DNA of 45,600 bases from a virus (Duplodnaviria > Caudoviricetes), in IMG/VR virus record IMGVR_UViG_3300033407_000031, positions 1 to 45,600 of that record. One strand, 5' to 3'. A program made the position numbers and the translations under genes. The first letter of the stretch is position 1. Every line of letters begins with the position of its first letter. The notes under the pieces were generated by a model. That model saw only the letters and a list, made by a program, of their open reading frames with translations. It had not been told where the DNA came from and did no database searches. Below, one piece after another: positions 24,707 to 34,268 of the stretch.

Positions 24707-27700
24707 CTTTCGGCTCTTCGGAGGGGAGGACGAGGCAGAGGAGCGAAAGCTCCAGGAGCTGTTCCGTTCGATGGGCGGGCGGGAGGAGGCCCGAGCTCCC
24801 GCTTCGGAGCCTCTGGGGACTCCGACTCCCGAGGCCCCTGACCAGTCTTTCGACGTCGAGATGCCAACGGGAGGGGACCCGGAGGTCTTCCGATCGCGGA
24901 TTACTCGGGAGGTCGAGGGTCGGCTTCGGGGAGCACATCGGGAGCTCGTGCTCTCGACCCTCCAAAACGGCGGGAACGTTTCGGAGATCCTTGCGTACCT
25001 CCGCGCGAGGGACGGGAACCCGGTCCTCCTGGACCAGCTTCTCGTCGGAGACTTGAAGGATCAGGCACTCGCGGACGCGATGATCGACCCGTTCCGGAGG
25101 TACTTCGGTGGGCGCGAGAGCAGCTCCGACCGAGTCCTCCACGACATTCAATCGAACCGAGACATCTCCCGACCTCGAGCGGCGTTCCAGCAGATGGCTC
25201 AGACGTTCCTTGGGACGGTCTACGGCCTTCCTGCAACGGGGTACGACCTTACGACGCGAGGGATCAACAAGGTCCTCGGCACGGAGATCGAGCCGCTTCG
25301 GGATAACCTCGAGGAGGCCCTGCGCCAGGTCGTTCCGAGCAATCCGGACTACTGGTTCCAGAACATGCTAGTCGGAGGTGCGACCTCCGCTTCGCTCTTT
25401 GCCCTGGCGAGCCTTGCGGGTGCAGGGAGCCTTGTGAGCACCTTCGGAAGCGCGAGGAAAGCTGCGCTCGTGACGTCTGGAATGCTCGGAGTCGGAATGG
25501 GCTTGGATGAGGGGAATCGAGGGATCCTCGAGAGAGAGCTCAGTGGACAAGACGTTAGCAACTGGACCGTCGGGGTGCTCCTAACGGGACACGGCTTGCT
25601 TGGTGCCTCTGAGGCTGTCCCCTTTGTGAATTGGATGGGCAGGGTCTCCCGCGCTGGAGGTGGCAAGTACCTCGGTGGGCTCGTCGAGAAGCTCTTGAAG
25701 CGAACGCTCCAGCCGGGGGGCCTTCGGATGGGAGCGACGGTGGTGAATCAGGCAGTGGAAGAGGCTGCTCAGGAGTACGGTCAAGGGCTCTTCGCTCCGG
25801 TGGTGGACCTCCTTGCGGATACAGGACTTAACGAGGAGTTCCGCCTCCGCCTGTTCGATGCGCTCCAGCAAGGGAATCGGGAGGGCGCGTGGGGAGCGCT
25901 CGTCGGTGCGCTGATTGGCGGGGCGTTCGGAGCGGTTCCGGCCGTTATGGAGGGAATGTCCCTGCGGGAGGTTGGGGGGCTCTCTCGGACGCAACGAGCG
26001 GAGCTGGTGAAGGAGCTGAACGCTCAGGTCAAGGCGAGCCCCGAGGCTGCGAAGGCTGCGATCGTGGCGAGGATGATGCCTGAGGAGGGCGAGCGGGGGT
26101 TCGAGAGTGAGGAGGAGGCTCGGGCGGCTCTCGAGGGAGCGCTTCGGAGCCCGGAGGAACGGGCGGAGATCGAGAAGCTCTTCCCTGCGATCAAGCCGGC
26201 CCTGGACGCGTTGGTGGAGGCGGAGGAAGCTCAGGAGGAGGAGCCCCTGACTGAAGTCCCGCCTGGAGCCCCCACCGATGTCGATCAGGAAAGTCGGGAG
26301 CGGATTCGTAGTGGTGAGCAGCAAGGGGAAGAAGCTGAGCAAGGTCCTCCGATCGCGGAAAGCCGCGGAGAAGAGGCTCCGGCAGGTGGAGTTCTTCAAG
26401 CATCGAAAGAAGTAGATCCGGCCCCGGCTCCAAAGCGGAAGCGATCGGAGATCCAGCGCGAGATCGACACGAAGCTCGAGGAGAAGAAGCTCTCCCGCTC
26501 TGCCGGGAACGCCCTGTTCACGCTGGCTCAGGAGGGCGAGACGGAGGCTCGCGATCGCCTCGGGCCGGAGCTCACGGCCCTTCTCCAAGAACGCCGGGAC
26601 TTCTTCACCTCGAAGGAAGCAAAGCCGCCCCTCCCGCCCGACCTTCAAACCCTTCTCAACGACGTCAAGACGAAGCCCCGGCCGCTGACCCCTGAGGAAG
26701 CCGAACGGATCTCTCAGTTCGCTCGCGACGCAGGCATTGGGGCGAAACAGAAACCTCCGAAGGGTGAGTTCGTCCTGAGCGACCGCCTCTCCAGGGCGAA
26801 GCCGAAGCTGGGGAAGGTCTCTCTGAGCTTCGAGACGGACCTCGACAAGGCCCTGTACATCGTCGGTCGGGCGAAGGAGAGCGGATCGGACGCTCCGTTC
26901 ATCGCCGCCCTGAGAAAGTTCACTGGTCTTGACTTCGACGTGGTGCGGGCTCTGGGCCTCGAAGCCCGTAACCGCATTAAGGCGGTGGTGGGAGGGGCGA
27001 AGGAGGGCTCGGTCACTGTCCCGCCCCTGGGCATCCTTCGTGAGGTGCGGGCTCCTCGCCGACCGCCACACCTCTCCGAGGCCGAGTTCGAAGCGCTCTC
27101 GACGGAGGCGAAGAAGTTCCTCGGTGCGGCCGGAGTGATTGCGAGGGGCTCGAGGAAGCCCGGCGGCCAAGGAATCGTGTTCTCGCCTGCTCAGGGCTTC
27201 CATGCGTTGGGGGATCTCCTTGCCCGAGTGGCCCAGAGGTCGGGAGTCGAGCCGCGGAAGATCGTCGAGCGGCTTCACGGTCGGGAGCTCGCAGCGCGGA
27301 TCGTCCGAACGGCGTTTCTTCCAGAGAGTCGGGTCGCTAAGCTCGAAGTTCGGGAGCTCGAGGAGCTTGGTGGTCTGACCGCCGGCCAGCTCCGCCGGTA
27401 CCTCCTGCAGTTCAGTGAGTCCGACCTCGAGACCTTCAAGCTCATTCAAGGGGACCCTCCGACTAAGAAAGGCCAGGCCGTTAAGGCTGAGGCTCTCCAA
27501 CACTTAGCTCCGGACCACCCTCTCCGCGACCCGAAGATCCTTGCGGCGATTCAGAAGCTCCGGGACTTCAACTTCGCTCTCGCTGCGCTAGCCAGCGACA
27601 ACACCCCTCGCTGGGCCGCGGATTACTGGAACGGTCTGTATACGGACGAGAAGGCCGCAAAGAGCTTCTACAACTCGTTCTACCGAACGCACCTTGGGTT

Positions 27701-29696
27701 CCTTAAGGCTAAGCGCTTCCTGACCTACGCCGACGCGGTCGGAGCTGGGCTCAAGCATAAGTACGTCAATCCCGTCGATAACCTCCTCTGGGAGACCCGT
27801 AAGGCCACTGAACGGTTCGCGATGAGAGAGCTCCAGCTCGACATGGTTCAGGCCGGGGAGGGCGATTACATCGTTCGAGAGAAAGACGCAAAGGAGTGGC
27901 AGAAGGAACGGTGGAAGACCGTGCCGGATCCGACCTTCGCTGGTTACCTCCTCGACCCAGACGTCGCGTGGCTCATGGAGAACCTTATTCGAATTAACCA
28001 GGTTACTCACTCGAAGTTCCTGAACACTCTTCGCGAGAGCTCCGCGTTCGTTCGGAACGTCAAGCTCTTCACTCCGACCTTCCACCACTGGACGATGATT
28101 AAGCAGGCGATTGTCAATGGCGGGCGGTACGGACTGCTCGACCCCCGCAACTGGCGAGATGCGGTCTCCTTGGGTTTCAAGAAGGACGACCCGCGATTCA
28201 AGGACCCCCTGTACATTCGGTTGCTCGAGGCCGGAGGCGGAAACATCTCGACTCTCGAGCGTACCTCGACGGATCAGTGGTCCCGCGTGATGGACTGGTT
28301 GGACGGAAAGGGCTTGGTCGGGAAGGCAGTCGCTACGCCATTCAAGCCCATTCGATTCTACACGAGCCAACTCTTCGACCAGATCATCCCGCAGCTCAAG
28401 TTCCTCAAGTTCGCCCGAGAGGTCCAGCAGAAGGAGGCCCGACTTGGCCGTCCCCTGACGAGCGCTGAGGACCAGGAGATCGTAATCGAGCTTCAGAACT
28501 TCTACGGAGAGATGAACGAGAGGCTCTTCGGACGCTCTGGCACGATGACCTCGCTCCTCCGCTTGTTCTTTCTCGCGCCCGGCTTCCGTGAGGGTAACTT
28601 CCGAACGATGTGGAAGGCGCTGTTCCAGTGGCGGGATGGACGGGGTTGGCGGAGCCGACAGAACATCCCGATGAGTCTTCTCTTCACTGCAGCGATCGCC
28701 TCGGTCGCTTCGAGGATCCTGAACGGGGAGTGGCCAGAGGAACCTGAGACGCTTGAGCAGCTTCGAGATCTCTATCAGGTCAAGACTGGGGTGAAGGACG
28801 CCAGGGACCGTGACATCTACATCGACCTCCTTAACTACGATAAGGACTACTGGGAGGTCATGGTGTTGCCGGTCCTCGAGGCGACCTTCGGCCAGGACGT
28901 CGGGAAGGGCCTTGAAACCTCCTTCACCAACTTCCGAAAGACCACTCGGAACATGACCGCCCCGCTCTTCGGTCAAGCCGTCGCTATGGTTAATGCGTTC
29001 CTGACTGGCCAGGCCGTGGAGGATTGGAAGGGCGATCGTTTGTGGCACCCGACCGACCCGCTCGTCCGAAAGCTCTTCGCTCTCGGGAAGGACGTCGTCG
29101 GCCAGTTCCAACCGATCCCAGTCGCGGCAGCGTGGACCGAGGTGAACGTGCGGGACGGGAACCACATGCTTGCGGTGATGTCTGGAATCTTCGGTCTCCG
29201 AACCGCTCGAAGCGAGCGAGAGAAGGAAAAGTGGGAGGTCGGTCGGAAGGTCTGGGACCTTCGAGATAAGCAAGAGGAGCTCTACCGAGAGCTCGGTCGG
29301 ATCGATGCACCGAGAGAAGTGATTCGCGAGTACAATGCGGATGTTAAGAGGATCCTTGAGAGCGAGATCCTTACTCCCGAGCTCCAGAGGGCCCTTCGCC
29401 GGAGTCCAATCGAGATTGACGAGAAGAGGCTTCTCTCCAACAAGGCCGTCGTGTTCTCCGGGGCCCTGACCGCCCATCGTGACCAGGTCGAGATCGACCG
29501 AGCACTCGACTACCTCGGGAACTTCGGAGTAGCGACTAGGAGCGACCTGCGGCGGCTTCTCCTCGAGGCCGCGAGGCGCAAAGCAATTAGCCTGGATAGC
29601 GTGCCAGAGAGGCTCGCTCGATCCATTAGGAGACTCAACCGTGAAAATCCGGATGCAGTGCGACGGGATGCTGTCGGCGTTGGAGCGGCACCTTAA
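24690..29696 (+). CDS. large internal virion (ejection/DNA transfer) protein, 1668 aa
   Basis: Gly-rich hydrophobic N-terminal helices and a helical body. Last large gene of the virion operon. AAGGAG RBS. Confidence 0.75.
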   Translation: MAEQTDFRLFGGEDEAEERKLQELFRSMGGREEARAPASEPLGTPTPEAPDQSFDVEMPTGGDPEVFRSRITREVEGRLRGAHRELVLSTLQNGGNVSEILAYLRARDGNPVLLDQLLVGDLKDQALADAMIDPFRRYFGGRESSSDRVLHDIQSNRDISRPRAAFQQMAQTFLGTVYGLPATGYDLTTRGINKVLGTEIEPLRDNLEEALRQVVPSNPDYWFQNMLVGGATSASLFALASLAGAGSLVSTFGSARKAALVTSGMLGVGMGLDEGNRGILERELSGQDVSNWTVGVLLTGHGLLGASEAVPFVNWMGRVSRAGGGKYLGGLVEKLLKRTLQPGGLRMGATVVNQAVEEAAQEYGQGLFAPVVDLLADTGLNEEFRLRLFDALQQGNREGAWGALVGALIGGAFGAVPAVMEGMSLREVGGLSRTQRAELVKELNAQVKASPEAAKAAIVARMMPEEGERGFESEEEARAALEGALRSPEERAEIEKLFPAIKPALDALVEAEEAQEEEPLTEVPPGAPTDVDQESRERIRSGEQQGEEAEQGPPIAESRGEEAPAGGVLQASKEVDPAPAPKRKRSEIQREIDTKLEEKKLSRSAGNALFTLAQEGETEARDRLGPELTALLQERRDFFTSKEAKPPLPPDLQTLLNDVKTKPRPLTPEEAERISQFARDAGIGAKQKPPKGEFVLSDRLSRAKPKLGKVSLSFETDLDKALYIVGRAKESGSDAPFIAALRKFTGLDFDVVRALGLEARNRIKAVVGGAKEGSVTVPPLGILREVRAPRRPPHLSEAEFEALSTEAKKFLGAAGVIARGSRKPGGQGIVFSPAQGFHALGDLLARVAQRSGVEPRKIVERLHGRELAARIVRTAFLPESRVAKLEVRELEELGGLTAGQLRRYLLQFSESDLETFKLIQGDPPTKKGQAVKAEALQHLAPDHPLRDPKILAAIQKLRDFNFALAALASDNTPRWAADYWNGLYTDEKAAKSFYNSFYRTHLGFLKAKRFLTYADAVGAGLKHKYVNPVDNLLWETRKATERFAMRELQLDMVQAGEGDYIVREKDAKEWQKERWKTVPDPTFAGYLLDPDVAWLMENLIRINQVTHSKFLNTLRESSAFVRNVKLFTPTFHHWTMIKQAIVNGGRYGLLDPRNWRDAVSLGFKKDDPRFKDPLYIRLLEAGGGNISTLERTSTDQWSRVMDWLDGKGLVGKAVATPFKPIRFYTSQLFDQIIPQLKFLKFAREVQQKEARLGRPLTSAEDQEIVIELQNFYGEMNERLFGRSGTMTSLLRLFFLAPGFREGNFRTMWKALFQWRDGRGWRSRQNIPMSLLFTAAIASVASRILNGEWPEEPETLEQLRDLYQVKTGVKDARDRDIYIDLLNYDKDYWEVMVLPVLEATFGQDVGKGLETSFTNFRKTTRNMTAPLFGQAVAMVNAFLTGQAVEDWKGDRLWHPTDPLVRKLFALGKDVVGQFQPIPVAAAWTEVNVRDGNHMLAVMSGIFGLRTARSEREKEKWEVGRKVWDLRDKQEELYRELGRIDAPREVIREYNADVKRILESEILTPELQRALRRSPIEIDEKRLLSNKAVVFSGALTAHRDQVEIDRALDYLGNFGVATRSDLRRLLLEAARRKAISLDSVPERLARSIRRLNRENPDAVRRDAVGVGAAP

Positions 29697-30522
29697 GCTC
29701 GAGGGGGACGAGCTGGTGGAGCGAGGGGAAGAGGCAGAGCTCATTGTTCGGGAGCGGGGTCACGGGGCGCTTGAGGGTCCTGGCCTCGTAGTCGGGAGCG
29801 ACGTCGAGATCACCCATCCGGCCCTGCTTCGAGCCCTTGGCTTCCCTTATCGGGGTAGCGACTCGACCTACGCCCTAACAAAGTACTGGCATGGAGAGTG
29901 GCACCCATCCACTCTCTTCAGCGTAGGTGCAGTTGGCGTTATGGATGATGGGATGGGCGCTCAGGTCCCGACCGGGATCGTGGGGAGGTTCGTCAGTGGC
30001 GGCGACATCGATCGGTTGTTCGAGCGGAAGGAGCTCGAAGCGTTGCTTCGGCGGGAGTCCTTCACTGGCCCAGTTACGCTTGGAATGCACGACGGCTTCG
30101 TCTCCGCGGTGAACCTTCGCCTTAACCCCGTCATCTTCGCTCTGGGCGAGTGTCGAGAGGGAAAGCTCTCTGAGCTCCTCCGAACGGGAGGTCCGATCGG
30201 AGAGAAGTGGGTCATTGCAGCGGTGGTCTCTCGCTGGCCCTGGCCGGCTCGAGAGGCGGAGGGTCGGGCGGAGCTCCTGGGCCTCGAGAGCGAGGAGCAC
30301 TTCTGGGGCTTCCGCCTTAACTGCTTTCGAGACTCCCGATGGACCACCGAGTCGATCCTCGGGATCGCGACTGCGAAGGGAGAGAAGCTCTCTGACGCGA
30401 ATGCTCGACTGTGGTCACTCGTGCGAACGATTGGCGTGGCGGAGAAACAGGTTCGACGGGACTGGGTCCAGATCGGAGGCTCCGCGTGGCGAAGGGCTAG
30501 GGAATCCCTTATCGTCAGCTAG
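29641..30522 (+). CDS. degenerate PurD/GARS-like ATP-grasp protein
   Basis: VMDDGMGAQVPTG, LEALLRRESFTG, VVSRWPWP and GIATAKGEKLSDANARLW...KQVRRD follow the layout of the PurD ATP-grasp and C-terminal domains. Confidence 0.55.
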   Translation: MKIRMQCDGMLSALERHLKLEGDELVERGEEAELIVRERGHGALEGPGLVVGSDVEITHPALLRALGFPYRGSDSTYALTKYWHGEWHPSTLFSVGAVGVMDDGMGAQVPTGIVGRFVSGGDIDRLFERKELEALLRRESFTGPVTLGMHDGFVSAVNLRLNPVIFALGECREGKLSELLRTGGPIGEKWVIAAVVSRWPWPAREAEGRAELLGLESEEHFWGFRLNCFRDSRWTTESILGIATAKGEKLSDANARLWSLVRTIGVAEKQVRRDWVQIGGSAWRRARESLIVS

Positions 30523-31715
30523 CCTCGTTCTCTCTTCACGTAGTGAATGTTCCCGGGACCCCTTGAGATCTCTTGAATCCTTCCTGCCATTTGAAGCGAC
30601 TTGATAAGCTCGTCCATTTCGGAGGGCTTAAGTCGATTCTGAAAGAGAAAAACTAGCTGCTGTCGGTTCACCCCGTCCGCTCGGGCCGTAATGGTCTTGT
30701 AGATCGCCTCGAGGAAGTCCCCTGACTCACTCGAGGCGATCCCTCGAACGAGCATGGGAAGGAACTGCTCTGTTGTGTGGAGGATCTGAAGCCCCTCATT
30801 AAGGTCCTGCTCTGAGATGACGAGGGAGGGCTCCCGAGCCATTCGACAAAGGATGGCGAGGGTGAGCCAGTGCATATGACGCCGATCCGGGTACCCTGGG
30901 ATGTCCTGGAGCGGTGCATTCTCCGGCCGCGTGAAGTCACACATAATGCCTTCGTAGTACTTCTTGAAGAGCTGAAGGGCCACTTGGTCCACCGTGATCT
31001 CTCCCTGCACATTCGTGCGGATCCAACTGAGCCGCTCGACGATTCGATCCCGAATCCCGTGTCGACGCTCAACATCCGGGACGAACGCTACTCGAGGCAT
31101 TGCGGCTGGAACGTAGACGAAGTTGATGCGAGAGGTAAGGCCGGCCCCGGTCGCCTGCTTTGGGAACTCCTCTCGAATGAGCGGGATCGTAGAGCCTCCA
31201 AGGAGACAAACACAGACATTTCGGAGCTCTTCCTTCCCTCGACCCCGAGTATGGTAGGTGTGGAAGTCAGGAGAATCGTAGAGAGCGTTAAGAAGGTTAA
31301 CCATCCCCCGCTCGACACTCCCTCGATTGAGAAAGGTTGTAAGCTCGTCGGCGATGATTACTCCGGAGGACACTACTTCGAGGGAGACCCGACCTGGGAG
31401 AGGTGGGACGGGCGTGGGAGCAAGGGCCTCAACGATTGCCTCGGGAGTGGCCTGCTGAGCCAGGAGGGATATCTTCGGCTTGACTTGGTGGAGGACTGAG
31501 CTAACCCCCTTAATCGCGGTGCTCTTCCGACATAGCCCTGAGCCCGCCACGTAAACAACGTAAAGGTTCGGATACACGTCGTAGTTAAAGCGAAGACAGA
31601 CATTTCGGCCAAGGGCTGCGGATATGGAGAAAAGCCCGTTCCAGAGAGCGTAGACCGGCGGGACCTCGGTTCCCTCATACAGGGACATAAATTGGTGGAT
31701 AATGCTAGGCTCCAA
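30519..31715 (-). CDS. DUF3987/YfjI-like P-loop ATPase (putative replicative helicase)
   Basis: YPNLYVVYVAGSGLCRKST (Walker A), IIADEL (Walker B), GLTSRI (Arg finger), probable C-terminal winged helix. Confidence 0.75.
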   Translation of the reverse strand: MEPSIIHQFMSLYEGTEVPPVYALWNGLFSISAALGRNVCLRFNYDVYPNLYVVYVAGSGLCRKSTAIKGVSSVLHQVKPKISLLAQQATPEAIVEALAPTPVPPLPGRVSLEVVSSGVIIADELTTFLNRGSVERGMVNLLNALYDSPDFHTYHTRGRGKEELRNVCVCLLGGSTIPLIREEFPKQATGAGLTSRINFVYVPAAMPRVAFVPDVERRHGIRDRIVERLSWIRTNVQGEITVDQVALQLFKKYYEGIMCDFTRPENAPLQDIPGYPDRRHMHWLTLAILCRMAREPSLVISEQDLNEGLQILHTTEQFLPMLVRGIASSESGDFLEAIYKTITARADGVNRQQLVFLFQNRLKPSEMDELIKSLQMAGRIQEISRGPGNIHYVKRERG

Positions 31716-34053
31716 GAAACTCCTCCACCGGATGTTGGTTGAACCAGTCCTTCCCGACCGTTACTTTCCATGGAATCACCAATGGACGGGCAACGCCATC
31801 AACGGGGATCTCGACCCACATGACGGAATGGAGAAGCTCGAGACATCGTGGAAGGTGGGAGCGGGGGCAAGAGAAGTTAATCTCGTCATGGACCTGGAGC
31901 GTAGGGACCGCGGGGACGAGGATTTGCTCCGCTCGAGTAAACGCGATTGCAATGACGTCGGCGACGACTGCTTGGGGGATGAAGGAGTAGGCGGAGCGAT
32001 AGAGCTCGTCGTTGAAGAGGCCGAGGAACCGTCGGACTCGGCCGAGAGGAGTTCGGAGCACTCTTGTAGCCTGTAGCTGATTCTGGACATCTGTCCACCA
32101 AGTTTGTAGCTCTGGTATCGCTGAGCGGTATCCCTCAAGTGATCGCTTAGCGTCTTGGAAAGGGATATCGTAGAGAGTAGAAGCTTTTTGAGGTCCGAGA
32201 CCGTAGTTTCCCCCATGTACTCCGATCTTTCCAATCGCACGCTGAGCAGAAGAGACTGTGTCCTCACTAACTCCGAATACCAGACTCGCACTCCATCGAT
32301 GGATGTCGAACCCTGGCTCATCGAGGAACCTTTCAATCAGTGGGTGAATCCTAGCGATCCAAGCAACGACTCGAACTTCTGCTTGGGAGAGATCGACTTT
32401 AATCCAGACGTGACCTTCCTCGGGAAGAAACATCGGCCTGGCGTTCTTTGGAACGTTCTGGAGATTCCCCCCAATCCCGAATATCGTCTTTCCAGAGGAG
32501 ATCCTCCCGTTCACCGTCCCTGCGACGTTGTAGCTAGTGGTGAGTCGATGGTCCTCCCGGAGTCGAGCCTCGAGGTAGGTCGACCGGAACTTTCGCTCGC
32601 CTCGGTACTCTAGGACCGTTCGGAGCAGGGGCTCGTGCTGTGGAAACTTCCTGGCGAGAGCTCGAAGCGCGTCCTCGTTCACGGTGACCTCGCCCCGGAG
32701 TCGACGCTTTGGGAGCTTGAGCTCTCCGTAAAGGTATTCCTTCATCTGCTTAGGGGAGTTCGGATTGAGCTCCTGACCGGCGAGAGCGTGGATCCCCTGG
32801 AGAAGCTCGACCTCCCGTTGCTGACAACTTTGTCTTCTCGTCGCTCGAAAGACCTCGTCCACCCGGACGCCCCGATTCTGAACACGCGTAAGTGCGTGCA
32901 TCGCTGGCATTACGATGGTTTGAAAGTGCTCCCAACAGCCTAGCTCCCGAGCCTCGCCCTCGAGCACTCCCGCCACCTCGAAGGTGACGCAGCAGTCGAA
33001 TCCGTTGTAGGTCCAGGTGCTTGAGTCAAGCGAGCTATTATAGTCGCTGTACTTGTGGAGGTCCGTGTAGATGCTTGTCAGAAAGTCGAGGGACTTCGGG
33101 AGCTCCGAGTGGCACGAGTGTGAGAGCAAGAGCGTATCCACGGCGAGCCCCACGCACGGGAGGCCGAAGTCCTGCTCGAGGATCGTTGAGTCAAACGGGA
33201 AGTTCTGGGCGACCTTCTCGATCCCCGGATTCGAGAATATTCGAAAGAGCACGTCGAGGATCTGCCGTTCTTCCTCCTCGGTCCACGCGTTCTCGAAAGG
33301 GCTCTCAGTCTCATCGAGACTGATCCCACTACGACGCTGGAGAAACGGGACCACTAGCGCGTGGGTCTCGCTCCAAGCAAGCCCGAGGCATCGGGTGTGC
33401 TGCCCAACGGTCTCGATGTCGAAGGAGATTCGAGGTCCGAGAGCACCCGCTGCAATTCCTTGAAGGACCGCGACAATGCGACGGAAGTTGAGACCGGTGA
33501 GGATGCTGTAGGACCTCTCTCGAGGTCCGGAGATCGCAATCCGGCCGGCTTTCTTAAGATCAAGGGCCGTAATGGGATAGTTCTCTGGAGCTCGAAAGAG
33601 ATTCGCGGGGTGATAAGTGGCAACGACCGGGAGACCCGGGTGAATCTCTGTAAGTCGGTGGACGAAACCTCGGTGAGCCTCAATTCCCTTCCGAGCAGGG
33701 AGGATGGCTCTAAGTGCCTCCGCCCCCAGAGGCACGAGGATAGAGGGAGAAAGAGATCGGACCTCGGCTCGCAGGCTCTCCCACCCTGCGAGAAGCTCGG
33801 GCTTAGGCTTGTTTCGCTTGAGAGAATCCTCATAGAAGTACCCGAAGTCATTGCTTGGCGGACGCACCTTCATCACGTTCGTAAGATAGCACGCGGAGCG
33901 GGAGATCCCGGCTCCAGCGAGAAGACGGTCTAGCATCCGACCTGAGGGTCCAATGAACGGGACGCCTCGAGCTTCCTCCTCCGACCCTGGAGCCTCCCCG
34001 ATGATGACGATCTTCGCGCTTCGAGGACCAAAGGGGTGGACGGTGATGGTCAT
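31705..34053 (-). CDS. polA: family A DNA polymerase with N-terminal uracil-DNA glycosylase-like and 3'-5' exonuclease domains
   Basis: UDG family 4 motifs IIGEAPG, YLTNV and TYHPA. Exo motifs FDIET, QNFPFD and YNGFD. Pol motifs DLSQAEVR, RAIGKIGVHGGNYG and QVHDE. Confidence 0.95.
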   Translation of the reverse strand: MTITVHPFGPRSAKIVIIGEAPGSEEEARGVPFIGPSGRMLDRLLAGAGISRSACYLTNVMKVRPPSNDFGYFYEDSLKRNKPKPELLAGWESLRAEVRSLSPSILVPLGAEALRAILPARKGIEAHRGFVHRLTEIHPGLPVVATYHPANLFRAPENYPITALDLKKAGRIAISGPRERSYSILTGLNFRRIVAVLQGIAAGALGPRISFDIETVGQHTRCLGLAWSETHALVVPFLQRRSGISLDETESPFENAWTEEEERQILDVLFRIFSNPGIEKVAQNFPFDSTILEQDFGLPCVGLAVDTLLLSHSCHSELPKSLDFLTSIYTDLHKYSDYNSSLDSSTWTYNGFDCCVTFEVAGVLEGEARELGCWEHFQTIVMPAMHALTRVQNRGVRVDEVFRATRRQSCQQREVELLQGIHALAGQELNPNSPKQMKEYLYGELKLPKRRLRGEVTVNEDALRALARKFPQHEPLLRTVLEYRGERKFRSTYLEARLREDHRLTTSYNVAGTVNGRISSGKTIFGIGGNLQNVPKNARPMFLPEEGHVWIKVDLSQAEVRVVAWIARIHPLIERFLDEPGFDIHRWSASLVFGVSEDTVSSAQRAIGKIGVHGGNYGLGPQKASTLYDIPFQDAKRSLEGYRSAIPELQTWWTDVQNQLQATRVLRTPLGRVRRFLGLFNDELYRSAYSFIPQAVVADVIAIAFTRAEQILVPAVPTLQVHDEINFSCPRSHLPRCLELLHSVMWVEIPVDGVARPLVIPWKVTVGKDWFNQHPVEEFLGA

Positions 34054-34268
34054 TTTTGACCCTCTTCGAATCCAATCTCATAACCCCTCAGGAACCCTGC
34101 GTCCCAGGCCATCTTAATGTTAGTTTCATTCTCCTCACGATTGTTTCCGTGCTCTAGGAACTCTAGTAAACACTTCACCCCACAGAACCTTCGCTCTGTT
34201 CCACTAAGCTTCGGTGTCCACACAATCGTCGGATCTCCCACATTGCACTGACAGCACCTTTCCATCAC
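34050..34268 (-). CDS. small zinc-finger-like protein
   Basis: CCQC...RFCGVKC. Coupled at both ends. Confidence 0.65.
   Translation of the reverse strand: MMERCCQCNVGDPTIVWTPKLSGTERRFCGVKCLLEFLEHGNNREENETNIKMAWDAGFLRGYEIGFEEGQK

Noticed and set aside
24690-29696. Tape measure protein or virion RNA polymerase
   Set aside because: No tail tube or chaperone genes, and no RNAP catalytic motifs recognised. The context fits a podovirus ejection protein.
25581-29744. Very long - strand ORFs (640 and 718 aa), and similar ones opposite terL, portal and capsid
   Set aside because: Antisense shadows of GC-rich genes with biased codons. No motifs or RBS, and the + strand genes are clearly real.
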